The position numbers and the translations under genes are program-made. From contig CAIUOX010000038.1 of the NCBI GenBank assembly GCA_903900935.1, forward strand, positions 1 to 63,690: a DNA stretch of 63,690 nt. The letters are read 5' to 3'. Of the stretch, positions 19,799 to 28,422 are shown in pieces (position 1 is the first letter of the stretch; every line of letters begins with the position of its first letter). The notes beneath the pieces were generated by a model that saw only the letters and a program-made list of their open reading frames with translations, did no database searches and had not been told where the DNA came from. The stretch is from an uncultured bacterium (GTDB taxonomy: Bacteria; Patescibacteriota; Minisyncoccia; Phycocordibacterales; PALSA-1337).

Positions 19799-21261
19799 TT
19801 ATAAAACACCACAAAAAACATGCTGGTGATATTCTTCTTAGTGTTATTGTATTTTCTGCTATTGCTGTGACTATCACGGTTGCTTTTGTAAATTGGGGAG
19901 CAACTCTTCTCAAAAATGTTCGTATGGTAGGAGATAGGGAACAAGCTCTACAGATAGCTGAGGCAGGAATTGATTATTATAGATGGCACCTAGCCCATTT
20001 TCCATTTGATTACAAAGATGGCACATGCGCTACAACATGTAGTGATGGACCATATACTCATCAATTTACAGACAAAGACGGGAATATTATTGGTTCGTAT
20101 GAGTTAATAATTACCCCTCCATTGAACGGGTCAACTCTAGTTAAGGTTGTCTCAAAAGGAACGGTAATATCAAATCCTCAAATTTCTCGCACATTACAAG
20201 TAACTATGGGTATGGCTTCATGGGCCCAATACGCTGTTGTGGCAAATGATAATATGAATTTTGGTTCAGGGACTGTCATATATGGTCCGGTGCATTCAAA
20301 TTATGGAATACATTTTGAGGGAACTTCATATGGGCTAATAACAAGTTCACTTACTCAATATACTGATCCTGATGTTAGTAGTGTGAAATACGCAGTGTAT
20401 ACCAGCACCACAACATTGCCTGATCCTGTACCACCTACTGCTATTGATCTTACTCGTCATAGCTTTGGTGGTGCTGGTTTAACAATGTTCTATGCTGGAA
20501 GAAAGTTGGCTGTACCAGCAGTTGATTTTACTGCATTGAATAATGAGTTGGCCAATCTCAAGACTGTTGCTGTTGCAAGTGATTCCTACTTTGCTTCAAC
20601 CACAGGATATGGATATCATTTTGTTTTTCATACGGATAATACATTTGATATTTATCGAGTTACTGCACTTGTTCCTGCTCCAAGCGGATGCTCCAATGTA
20701 AGCAATCAGTCTCGATGGGGAACATGGAGTATTCTTACGGAGACATTATTACAATCTGCTGTTGCAATTCCAACTTCAGGTGTTATATACACAGAGAGTG
20801 ATTTGTGGGTGGATGGAACTATCAATGGTGCTCGTTTGACCATTGGTGCCGGTGTATTACCTGATCCAGGTTCAACTTCGTGGCCAAATATTACGATCAA
20901 TAATGATCTAAAATATACAAATCATGACGGAACTGATTCAATAGGTCTCGTTGCTCAAGGAAATGTTAATGTTGGACTTAAGAGTAGTGATACGTTGACT
21001 ATTGATGGTGCTCTCATAGCCCAAAATGGTCGCGTTGGTAGATATTATTATTCTTCAAGTTGTGGTATAGGATATTATCCAACGACGTTGAATCTATACG
21101 GTATTATTGCAACAAATAAGCGTTATGGTTTTGCATATGCTGATAGCACTGGTTATAAAAATCGTAATATCAGATACGACTCAAATCTACTTTACAGTCC
21201 TCCTCCAGTATTTCCATTGACTTCAAGTACATATGTAACATTGTCGTGGCAAGAGATATAG
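19795..21261 (+). CDS. Pilus-associated protein (PilX-like N-terminal anchor), function unknown
   Basis: 488 aa. Its start overlaps the previous stop (ATGA). It has an N-terminal hydrophobic helix LLSVIVFSAIAVTITVAF and a beta-rich, G/T/S-rich body. Confidence 0.5.
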   Translation: MIIKHHKKHAGDILLSVIVFSAIAVTITVAFVNWGATLLKNVRMVGDREQALQIAEAGIDYYRWHLAHFPFDYKDGTCATTCSDGPYTHQFTDKDGNIIGSYELIITPPLNGSTLVKVVSKGTVISNPQISRTLQVTMGMASWAQYAVVANDNMNFGSGTVIYGPVHSNYGIHFEGTSYGLITSSLTQYTDPDVSSVKYAVYTSTTTLPDPVPPTAIDLTRHSFGGAGLTMFYAGRKLAVPAVDFTALNNELANLKTVAVASDSYFASTTGYGYHFVFHTDNTFDIYRVTALVPAPSGCSNVSNQSRWGTWSILTETLLQSAVAIPTSGVIYTESDLWVDGTINGARLTIGAGVLPDPGSTSWPNITINNDLKYTNHDGTDSIGLVAQGNVNVGLKSSDTLTIDGALIAQNGRVGRYYYSSSCGIGYYPTTLNLYGIIATNKRYGFAYADSTGYKNRNIRYDSNLLYSPPPVFPLTSSTYVTLSWQEI

Positions 21262-21302
21262 AAGGGTACATTTACCTTCTTGCCTCTGATATACTAGTTT
21301 GT

Positions 21303-22064
21303 ATGAATAAAAGACTTATTATAGGTAATTGGAAAATGAATCCTTCAACGCTTGACGAAGCCAAGCGTATTATTCGTTCTATGCGCATAGTTGCAACAAA
21401 GCTTGAACATACTCAAGTTGTTGCATGTCCTCCATATCTGTATATTTCAAATTGTATATCAAAAAAATCAAATAGCGTGTCTATTGGGTCTCAGACAGTT
21501 TCTATTCAAGAAGGTGGTGCTCATACAGGAGAAATCTCGCCCGCAATGCTAAAAGATATAGGTGTTCAATATGTCATTGTTGGTCATTCTGAACAGCGTG
21601 CCAGTGGTGATTCAGATGAAATTGTCTCAAAGCGCATTATTGCTACTGTGGAAGCAGGCATGAAAGCAGTTGTATGCATTGGAGAGAATGTGCGTGATGA
21701 GCAGGGTGTATATTTGGATACACTAAAGGACCAGATCAAACGTACTTTTGCTGGAATACAATCAAAATATGCAAGAGATATTATTATTGTATATGAGCCA
21801 GTCTGGGCTATTGGTGCAAAGGAAGCTATGGCACCTGAGCAGGTATATGAAACATCTTTATTCGTAAAAAAAGTATTTTCTGATATTTTTTCACAAGAAT
21901 CAGCTATGAAGGTAAAAGTTCTCTATGGTGGTTCAGTCAATTTTCGCAATGCTGGTGACATTATAAGGATAGGAAAGGTTGACGGTCTACTTGTTGGTCG
22001 TGAAAGTGTAAATATTCCTGGATTAAAAGAATTATTGAAAGCTGTTGATGTAGTGGTGTTGTAA
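21303..22064 (+). CDS. tpiA: Triosephosphate isomerase
   Basis: Start set at MNKRLIIGNWKMN. Motifs VGHSEQR, YEPVWAIGA, YGGSV. Confidence 0.92.
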   Translation: MNKRLIIGNWKMNPSTLDEAKRIIRSMRIVATKLEHTQVVACPPYLYISNCISKKSNSVSIGSQTVSIQEGGAHTGEISPAMLKDIGVQYVIVGHSEQRASGDSDEIVSKRIIATVEAGMKAVVCIGENVRDEQGVYLDTLKDQIKRTFAGIQSKYARDIIIVYEPVWAIGAKEAMAPEQVYETSLFVKKVFSDIFSQESAMKVKVLYGGSVNFRNAGDIIRIGKVDGLLVGRESVNIPGLKELLKAVDVVVL

Positions 22065-22076
22065 GGCATAGTTCAA

Positions 22077-22201
22077 GACTAGTAACCTGCATAATACAAA
22101 TAAAAGAGTACACGGATATTTTTCTGCTGAAAAATTCCTAGTGCTCGCCTCAGTCAGTCTCGCAATGTACTCTTTTATTTGTATTATGCAGGTTACTAGT
22201 C
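22077..22201. repeat. 35-bp perfect inverted repeat with a 55-nt spacer
   Basis: 22077-22111 GACTAGTAACCTGCATAATACAAATAAAAGAGTAC is the exact reverse complement of 22167-22201. It sits between the tpiA stop and the pgk -10 box. Confidence 0.9.
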
Positions 22202-22225
22202 TTTTCATCTGCTATAATATCTACT

Positions 22226-23362
22226 ATGAAAACTCTTACTGATATCAAATATCTCGAAGGTGTTAAGGTTCTTACGCGTGTTGATTTCAATGTACCGATC
22301 CAAAACGGCGCTGTAGTAGATGATTTTCGTATTCGTATGGCTTTGCCGACGATTAAATTTTTGATTGGCAAGGGAGCTAAAGTTATTTTGATCGCCCACC
22401 TTGAATCAAGTGATGGTTCGAATAATTCCTTGAATCCAGTAGCTGATTCATTGGTGAAACTTGGTATTGAGGTTACTTTTGTTGAAAATATAAGAAATGC
22501 ACAAGCTGTTATTGATAAGCAATCCAATAGTACGTGTGTACTATTGAATAATCTTCGTATTTCTGATGGTGAAAAAGATAATGATAAAAAATTTGCCAAG
22601 GAGCTTGCATCACTCGCTGATATATATGTGAATGATGCCTTTTCTGTTTCGCACCGTGAGCATGCTTCTATAGTTGGTTTGCCTCTATTCTTGCCAAGTT
22701 ATGCTGGTATACAGTTGGAAAATGAGATCAAGCATCTTTCAATAGCGTTCAATCCACCGCATCCATTTTTATTTATTCTTGGTGGAGCAAAATTTGAGAC
22801 AAAGCTTCCATTGCTCCAAAAATTCTTGAAGATCGCCGATACTGTTTTTGTTGGAGGCGCTTTGGCAAATGATTTTTTCAAAGCCAAGAATTATGAGATT
22901 GGTACATCACTTGTATCAAAAGGAAAGATTGATTTTGATACTTTTATTGCTGATAAGAAGCTTATGATTCCAGTTGATGTTATCAATCAAAATCATATGA
23001 ATAAATCTGCCAATACTGTTCTCAAAATAGATAAAATCATGGATTCTGGTTCTGCTACTATTGAAGCACTCAAGAAAGTTATTTCTCAGTCGCAATTCAT
23101 TCTTTGGAATGGCCCTCTTGGTCTGTATGAAGATGGGTATCAAGGTGCTACGCTCGAATTGGCAAAGTTGATTAGTTCTGCAACAGAAGGTGGCGCAACT
23201 ACTATTATTGGTGGGGGAGATACGCTTGCAGCAGTTGCTACTCTTGGTATTCAAGAAAAATTTACATTTATTTCTACTGGTGGTGGTGCCATGCTAGATT
23301 TTCTCGCTCAAGGTACATTACCAGGTATACAAGCTCTTGAAATTTCGTCCAATCAAGATTAA
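22226..23362 (+). CDS. pgk: Phosphoglycerate kinase
   Basis: 378 aa. RVDFNVP, GGAKFETKL hinge region, IIGGGDT, STGGGA. Confidence 0.95.
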   Translation: MKTLTDIKYLEGVKVLTRVDFNVPIQNGAVVDDFRIRMALPTIKFLIGKGAKVILIAHLESSDGSNNSLNPVADSLVKLGIEVTFVENIRNAQAVIDKQSNSTCVLLNNLRISDGEKDNDKKFAKELASLADIYVNDAFSVSHREHASIVGLPLFLPSYAGIQLENEIKHLSIAFNPPHPFLFILGGAKFETKLPLLQKFLKIADTVFVGGALANDFFKAKNYEIGTSLVSKGKIDFDTFIADKKLMIPVDVINQNHMNKSANTVLKIDKIMDSGSATIEALKKVISQSQFILWNGPLGLYEDGYQGATLELAKLISSATEGGATTIIGGGDTLAAVATLGIQEKFTFISTGGGAMLDFLAQGTLPGIQALEISSNQD

Positions 23363-23376
23363 TATTCTCAATCTAT

Positions 23377-23484
23377 ATGAATATGCCAAAACAAATGTAT
23401 ATTCTTTTTCCATTTGCTGGGATTCTTTTTATTTTAGTCTGGAAAGTGGGTTATCTTCTACTGACTTTTTTGATTATTAAATAA
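23377..23484 (+). CDS. Possible 35-aa hydrophobic micro-protein
   Basis: MNMPKQMYILFPFAGILFILVWKVGYLLLTFLIIK, a single TM-like helix. Found only by reading the intergenic gap, with no further support. Confidence 0.2.
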   Translation: MNMPKQMYILFPFAGILFILVWKVGYLLLTFLIIK

Positions 23485-23505
23485 AGAGTATTGAATTATT
23501 TTTTG

Positions 23506-23865
23506 CTATAAGTTGCTAATTATCTTTTTTCTATTTGTCTCAAAATCATTCCGATTTCCACGAACTTTTGAATTGGGGAATACCCATATATGGGCATGTT
23601 CTATTTCATCACCAACGATCTTGCTTAGTATCCAGTCAGTATCAAATGCTTTTTGTTGCGCATGAGCTATCTTTGTAATCACTTCAAAATATTTTCCTGT
23701 ATTTGGCACATCCCATACCCATCGATGGTGTTTTTTGGGGATTACTTGGACATGACCAGGAGATTGTGGGTGTATGTCCAGAAAGGCCAAGAAATCCGTA
23801 TCTTCGTATACGATATGTGCAGGAATTTCTTTTGAGACGATTTTACAAAAAATACAATTGTTCAT
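23506..23865 (-). CDS. HIT-family (histidine triad) protein
   Basis: 119 aa. N-terminal [22 protein letters not shown]-terminal His triad variant EHAHIWVFP. Confidence 0.85.
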   Translation of the reverse strand: MNNCIFCKIVSKEIPAHIVYEDTDFLAFLDIHPQSPGHVQVIPKKHHRWVWDVPNTGKYFEVITKIAHAQQKAFDTDWILSKIVGDEIEHAHIWVFPNSKVRGNRNDFETNRKKIISNL

Positions 23866-23933
23866 TACAATAGTATATCAAATTAAAATGAAAGCCCGCC
23901 ATTCTAGATGGGGGCTTATTTCAAAATTGGTGC

Positions 23934-24428
23934 TTATATGGTGTAATCAATCACTTCTTTCTCGCCATGAACGAGCCCAAGTGTCTCGCCGATCTTTTCT
24001 CTGCAAAGGTAATACTGGTCTCTGCAAATACCAGGGATTGATGCAAGGATCTTTATTTTTTTATGTGCATAGTGTGGTGTTGTGTGGTCAGTACGATTGA
24101 CGCGTTTTGCAATATATTTGTACGAACCTACTTCGTATTCGATGCAAAAGTACATGATTAGCTGTCGCGCGAATGCGATATTTTGCTCACCGCGACTTTT
24201 CATCATTATGTCTGACACTTTGACGTCGCAGACTTTGCACACGACGGTAAAGATAATGTCGAGAGCATCCAAAAAATTTTTCTTGATTGGCGGAGGTAAC
24301 AATCCTTTTGAATAGATTAGTCTCTCAAGTGTTTTGATATACTCCTTCAGTCTTTCTATTTCGTATTGTTGGTTCATAGGAGGACCATTTGCTTGTTTTT
24401 CAATATACGTTTGATTCCAAAGTAACAT
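23934..24428 (-). CDS. Stand-alone DnaA domain IV (Bac_DnaA_C-like HTH) protein
   Basis: The C-terminal half VKVSDIMMKSRGEQNIAFARQLIMYFCIEY.VGSYKYIAKRVNRTDHTTPHYAHKKI aligns with DnaA domain IV (R..ARQ.AMY...E......IG..F.RDHTTV.HA..KI). There is no AAA+ domain. Confidence 0.7.
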   Translation of the reverse strand: MLLWNQTYIEKQANGPPMNQQYEIERLKEYIKTLERLIYSKGLLPPPIKKNFLDALDIIFTVVCKVCDVKVSDIMMKSRGEQNIAFARQLIMYFCIEYEVGSYKYIAKRVNRTDHTTPHYAHKKIKILASIPGICRDQYYLCREKIGETLGLVHGEKEVIDYTI

Positions 24429-24492
24429 TCATTATTTATACTGTCAATAGCCACGTTATAGGAACTTCTTTTTCATCTGTTATACTTCTTCT

Positions 24493-26223
24493 ATGACAGC
24501 ATATTCTGTACGAAAACTTTTATCTGTTGAAGAAAAAAATGCTCTTGGTCTTACTTCTGATCTTGTTTCGCATCTGTTATTTCATCGTGGTATCACCGAT
24601 AATATTTCTGCTGGTATATTTCTTGCTCCAAACTATGATCGTGATATCAATGATCCATTTCTTCTGAAAGATGCAGAAAAAGCAGCGTGCCGTATAATTC
24701 AAGCAATAAGGAATGATGAGAAGATCGCCATATATGCTGATTATGATGCTGATGGTATTCCTGGTGCTGTTCTTTGGAATGATTTTTTTGGTCGTATTTT
24801 ATTCAAGAACTTCGTTATTTATATACCACATCGACATGATGAAGGTTTTGGCTTGAATATAGACGCGATTGATGATTTGGTTTTACAAGGTGTGAAGCTC
24901 ATCATAACTGTAGATTGTGGTATATCAGATGTAGTACCAATTGCACATGCCAACTCTGAAGGTATAGAGGTTATTATTACTGATCACCATGAAGCACCAC
25001 CTATATTGCCTCCAGCATATGCAATCGTTGATCATAAACAGGCTGATTGTATGTACCCAGACAAACATCTGTGTGGGTCTGGTGTAGCATTCAAACTCAT
25101 TCAAGCGATTTTGAAGATTGAGCGTTTTGGTCTCAAAGATGGTATGGAAAAATGGCTTCTTGATTTGGTTGGCATGGCGACACTATCAGATATGGTTCCA
25201 CTTGTGGGCGAGAATAGGGTGCTTGCGTATTATGGTTTGAATGTATTACGAAAGACTACGCGCATCGGTCTTGTACGATTGTTGGCAAAATTAAAAATTC
25301 CACAAAAATATATTACTGAAGATGATATTGGCTTTATGATATCTCCGCGTATCAATGCGGCATCACGTATGGGAGTTCCGATGGATGCATTTAGATTGCT
25401 CGCTTCTCAGACCGAAGAAGATGCAAACATATACGCAGATCACTTGGATGAGATAAATAATGAAAGAAAAGGTATGGTCGCTTCATTAGTTAAAGATGTC
25501 AAAAAGAAAATACATGAGCGTCATGGTAATGCTATTCCATCTGTGATTGTACTCGGCAATCCAGAATGGCGACCATCACTTTTGGGACTTGCTGCAAATT
25601 CGTGTGCAGAAGAATTCAATTGCCCCGTATTCTTATGGGGTCGCGATGGTGGAGATGTGATCAAGGGATCGTGTCGATCTGAAGGAAATTCAAATGTCTT
25701 TGATATTATGAACGGTGTTCCAGAAGGTGTATTTTTGCAATTTGGTGGGCATCATCATTCTGGTGGCTTTGCAGTTGGGAATGATCAGATCCATTTTTTG
25801 GATAGTCACTTGAATGAAAGCGCACGAAAGATCAATGCTAAAAAATTAGCTCTCACAGAGCATAGTACAGAGAATGATATTATTGTTGATATAGAATTAT
25901 CTATTGAGGATGTTGTGTGGAGTTTATTTGATGATATTTCCAAGTTGGCCCCATTCGGTGTAGGCAATCCTCGTCCAGTATTTTTATTTAAAAAAGTAAA
26001 AACTGATTCGGTGCGTTTATTTGGCAAGACAAACAATCATATAGAGATTATATTCAAGAAAAAAAATGGTAGTACAGTTTCAGCGATTGCATTCTTCAGC
26101 GCTACAAGTAAGTGGGCCAAAAATCTAAAAGCTAATATGCAGATAGATTTGATAGCATCAGTAGAGAAGTCAATGTTTAGGGGTAGACCAGAATTGAGGT
26201 TGAGGGTAGTAGAGGTGTTATAA
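24493..26223 (+). CDS. recJ: Single-stranded-DNA-specific exonuclease RecJ
   Basis: 576 aa. DHH motifs DYDADGI, TVDCG, ITDHH. DHHA1 motif GGHHHSGGF. Confidence 0.9.
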   Translation: MTAYSVRKLLSVEEKNALGLTSDLVSHLLFHRGITDNISAGIFLAPNYDRDINDPFLLKDAEKAACRIIQAIRNDEKIAIYADYDADGIPGAVLWNDFFGRILFKNFVIYIPHRHDEGFGLNIDAIDDLVLQGVKLIITVDCGISDVVPIAHANSEGIEVIITDHHEAPPILPPAYAIVDHKQADCMYPDKHLCGSGVAFKLIQAILKIERFGLKDGMEKWLLDLVGMATLSDMVPLVGENRVLAYYGLNVLRKTTRIGLVRLLAKLKIPQKYITEDDIGFMISPRINAASRMGVPMDAFRLLASQTEEDANIYADHLDEINNERKGMVASLVKDVKKKIHERHGNAIPSVIVLGNPEWRPSLLGLAANSCAEEFNCPVFLWGRDGGDVIKGSCRSEGNSNVFDIMNGVPEGVFLQFGGHHHSGGFAVGNDQIHFLDSHLNESARKINAKKLALTEHSTENDIIVDIELSIEDVVWSLFDDISKLAPFGVGNPRPVFLFKKVKTDSVRLFGKTNNHIEIIFKKKNGSTVSAIAFFSATSKWAKNLKANMQIDLIASVEKSMFRGRPELRLRVVEVL

Positions 26224-26230
26224 TCATTCT

Positions 26231-26962
26231 ATGTCACAAATAACAATTTTTACTGATGGATCGTCTCGTGGAAATCCAGGACCTGGAGGTTGGGGAGCGA
26301 TAGTAATTTTCAATGATAAAGCACAAAAAGTTGATACAAAGGTCCTTGAACTTGGTGGATTTGAGAAGTGCACTACGAACAATAGAATGGAGCTTATGGC
26401 AGCCATTGAGAGTATTTTACATACACCGAAACATACTGATATTACTGTGTTTACAGATTCTAAATATTTGATCAATGGTATAACTTCTTGGATAAAAGTC
26501 TGGAAGAATAATGGCTGGATCACTAAAACAAAAGACGATGTAGTCAATAAAGATCTTTGGATGAAATTAGATATTGCAGTGAAAGATCGTAGCATAATAT
26601 GGAAATATGTTAGTGGTCATGTTGGCATAATTGGAAATGAGAGATGTGATCACATTGCTACTGATTTTGCTGATAATGGAAAAACTGCATTATATTCTGG
26701 GTCTATCTCAGCATATGATCTACCAAATATTCTTGATCTTTCACACGATAGTATTCTCACAAAAACAAAAAAATCAAATTCATCGCGATTGAGTACAAAA
26801 GCATATTCATACGTTAGTTCAGTTGGTGGTACTATTCATGTCGACAATAGTTGGGCAGAATGCGAGAAACGTGTCAAAGGTATAAAGGGCGCACGATACA
26901 AAAAATCACTTAATATTACGGATGAACAGAGGGTAATAGAGGAGTTTGAGCAGCTTTTATAA
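26231..26962 (+). CDS. rnhA: Ribonuclease HI with a C-terminal hybrid-binding (Cauli_VI-like) domain
   Basis: The N-terminal 150 aa are RNase H (TDGSSRGNPGPGGWG, TNNRMEL, TDSKY, GHVGIIGNERCDHIA). The C-terminus YSYVSSVGGTIHVDNSWAECEKRVKGIKGARYKKS matches the RNase H1 HBD pattern W.EC...V.G..GA.YKK. Confidence 0.85.
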   Translation: MSQITIFTDGSSRGNPGPGGWGAIVIFNDKAQKVDTKVLELGGFEKCTTNNRMELMAAIESILHTPKHTDITVFTDSKYLINGITSWIKVWKNNGWITKTKDDVVNKDLWMKLDIAVKDRSIIWKYVSGHVGIIGNERCDHIATDFADNGKTALYSGSISAYDLPNILDLSHDSILTKTKKSNSSRLSTKAYSYVSSVGGTIHVDNSWAECEKRVKGIKGARYKKSLNITDEQRVIEEFEQLL

Positions 26963-27025
26963 ATTTTCATTCTTATTTGATTCTTTTTTCATAGAATCTT
27001 CACTTTGTAGTTTTACACTACTCCC

Positions 27026-28402
27026 ATGAATAAGGGAGTTTTTGTATTTTGGAGTATATTCGTTGGTGTAGCGCTGTTCCGTGTTTTTAATTCATTGTAT
27101 TATTCTGCCCCAGATATTTCATCATGTTTGAAACATGATGTGCGAGGTTTTGGAATAGTTAGTGAAGAACCAGCACGTACAGATTCTGGTCAAGTATTTA
27201 TAATCAATGCGAAAAAGATATTTGTTTCTAATAGCTCTTCAACCAAAGAATACTCATCTGAGTGTGGTGGTAATGTATTGATTCGAGTAAAGGCGAAGCT
27301 ATATCCACAATTTTTATTTGGTCAGAATGTTTTATTTGTTGGTAAGATAAATAGACCATTTAATTTTTCGAGTGATAGTGGTCGCTCATTTGATTACAAA
27401 GGATATCTTGCAAAAAATAATGTATTTTATGAGATGAAGAGCGCAGTAGTAGAAGTTGTCTCAATGGAAAAGATGAATATTTTTGATACAATATCTTCTC
27501 TACTGTTCAGTCTAAAAAGGGGTTTCGTTTTCAATCTTGAGCGAGCTCTTGGTGAACCACATGCGGCATTGGCTTCAGGTTTGGTTGTTGGAGAGAAAGC
27601 GGCTCTAGGAAAAGATTTGCTCGATGACTTTCGTACTGTCGGACTCATTCATATCGTTGTCTTGTCTGGTTATAATATTACTGTCGTTGGTGATGCACTT
27701 CGTCGCATTCTCTCATTCCTGCCACGTGTATGGGGTATAAGTGTAGGCGGTATTGGCATTGTTTTATTTGGTGTACTTGTTGGTGGAGGAGCGACTGTGG
27801 TGCGTTCATGTTTCATGGCTAGTATTGCGCTTTCGGCGGATTTGATTCGTCGCGAATATGCTGTTTCGAGGGCCTTGATATTTGCCGCGCTTCTAATGCT
27901 CATACAAAATCCTATGATTTTATTGCACGATCCATCATTTCAACTTTCTTTTTTGGCGACGCTTGGACTTATATTATTTGCATCTCCTATTGAAGGTAGA
28001 CTTGGTTTTATTCCTGAAAAGTTTGGTATTCGAGGAATTGTTGCTTCGACTATCGCTACTCAAATAACTGTTTCACCATATATCCTGTATATGATGGGAC
28101 AGATTTCAATCATTGGCATGGTAGTTAATATACTGGTACTTCCTTGTATTCCAGTAACTATGCTTGCTGTATTTCTTACAGGGGTTTCTGGTTTTGTTTC
28201 TGTATATATTTCATATTGCTTTGGATGGTTTGCTCATGCATTGCTCTCATACGAGCTTTTAGTTGTTAGATATTTTGCGCGAATTCCATTTGCTTCTCTT
28301 CATGTACAAACTTTTTCTTTTTGGTGGGTCGTAGGCTTCTATCTTATCGTTGCTAGTATATATGCTTTAGTTTTGTATAGTAGGAGTCATACAATCAATT
28401 AA
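27026..28402 (+). CDS. comEC: ComEC/Rec2 DNA-uptake channel (OB-fold N-domain plus competence membrane domain)
   Basis: 458 aa. N-terminal DUF4131-like region, then a polytopic domain with GLIHIVVLSGYNITVV (the ComEC signature H..vvSG.n). It stops before any MBL domain. Confidence 0.85.
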   Translation: MNKGVFVFWSIFVGVALFRVFNSLYYSAPDISSCLKHDVRGFGIVSEEPARTDSGQVFIINAKKIFVSNSSSTKEYSSECGGNVLIRVKAKLYPQFLFGQNVLFVGKINRPFNFSSDSGRSFDYKGYLAKNNVFYEMKSAVVEVVSMEKMNIFDTISSLLFSLKRGFVFNLERALGEPHAALASGLVVGEKAALGKDLLDDFRTVGLIHIVVLSGYNITVVGDALRRILSFLPRVWGISVGGIGIVLFGVLVGGGATVVRSCFMASIALSADLIRREYAVSRALIFAALLMLIQNPMILLHDPSFQLSFLATLGLILFASPIEGRLGFIPEKFGIRGIVASTIATQITVSPYILYMMGQISIIGMVVNILVLPCIPVTMLAVFLTGVSGFVSVYISYCFGWFAHALLSYELLVVRYFARIPFASLHVQTFSFWWVVGFYLIVASIYALVLYSRSHTIN

Positions 28403-28422
28403 AAATATTATGATGTAGATGC

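Noticed and set aside
22150-22599. 149-aa minus-strand ORF spanning the inverted repeat and the pgk 5' end.
   Set aside because: It is antisense to the well-supported pgk and runs through the palindrome. Its translation has no recognisable features.
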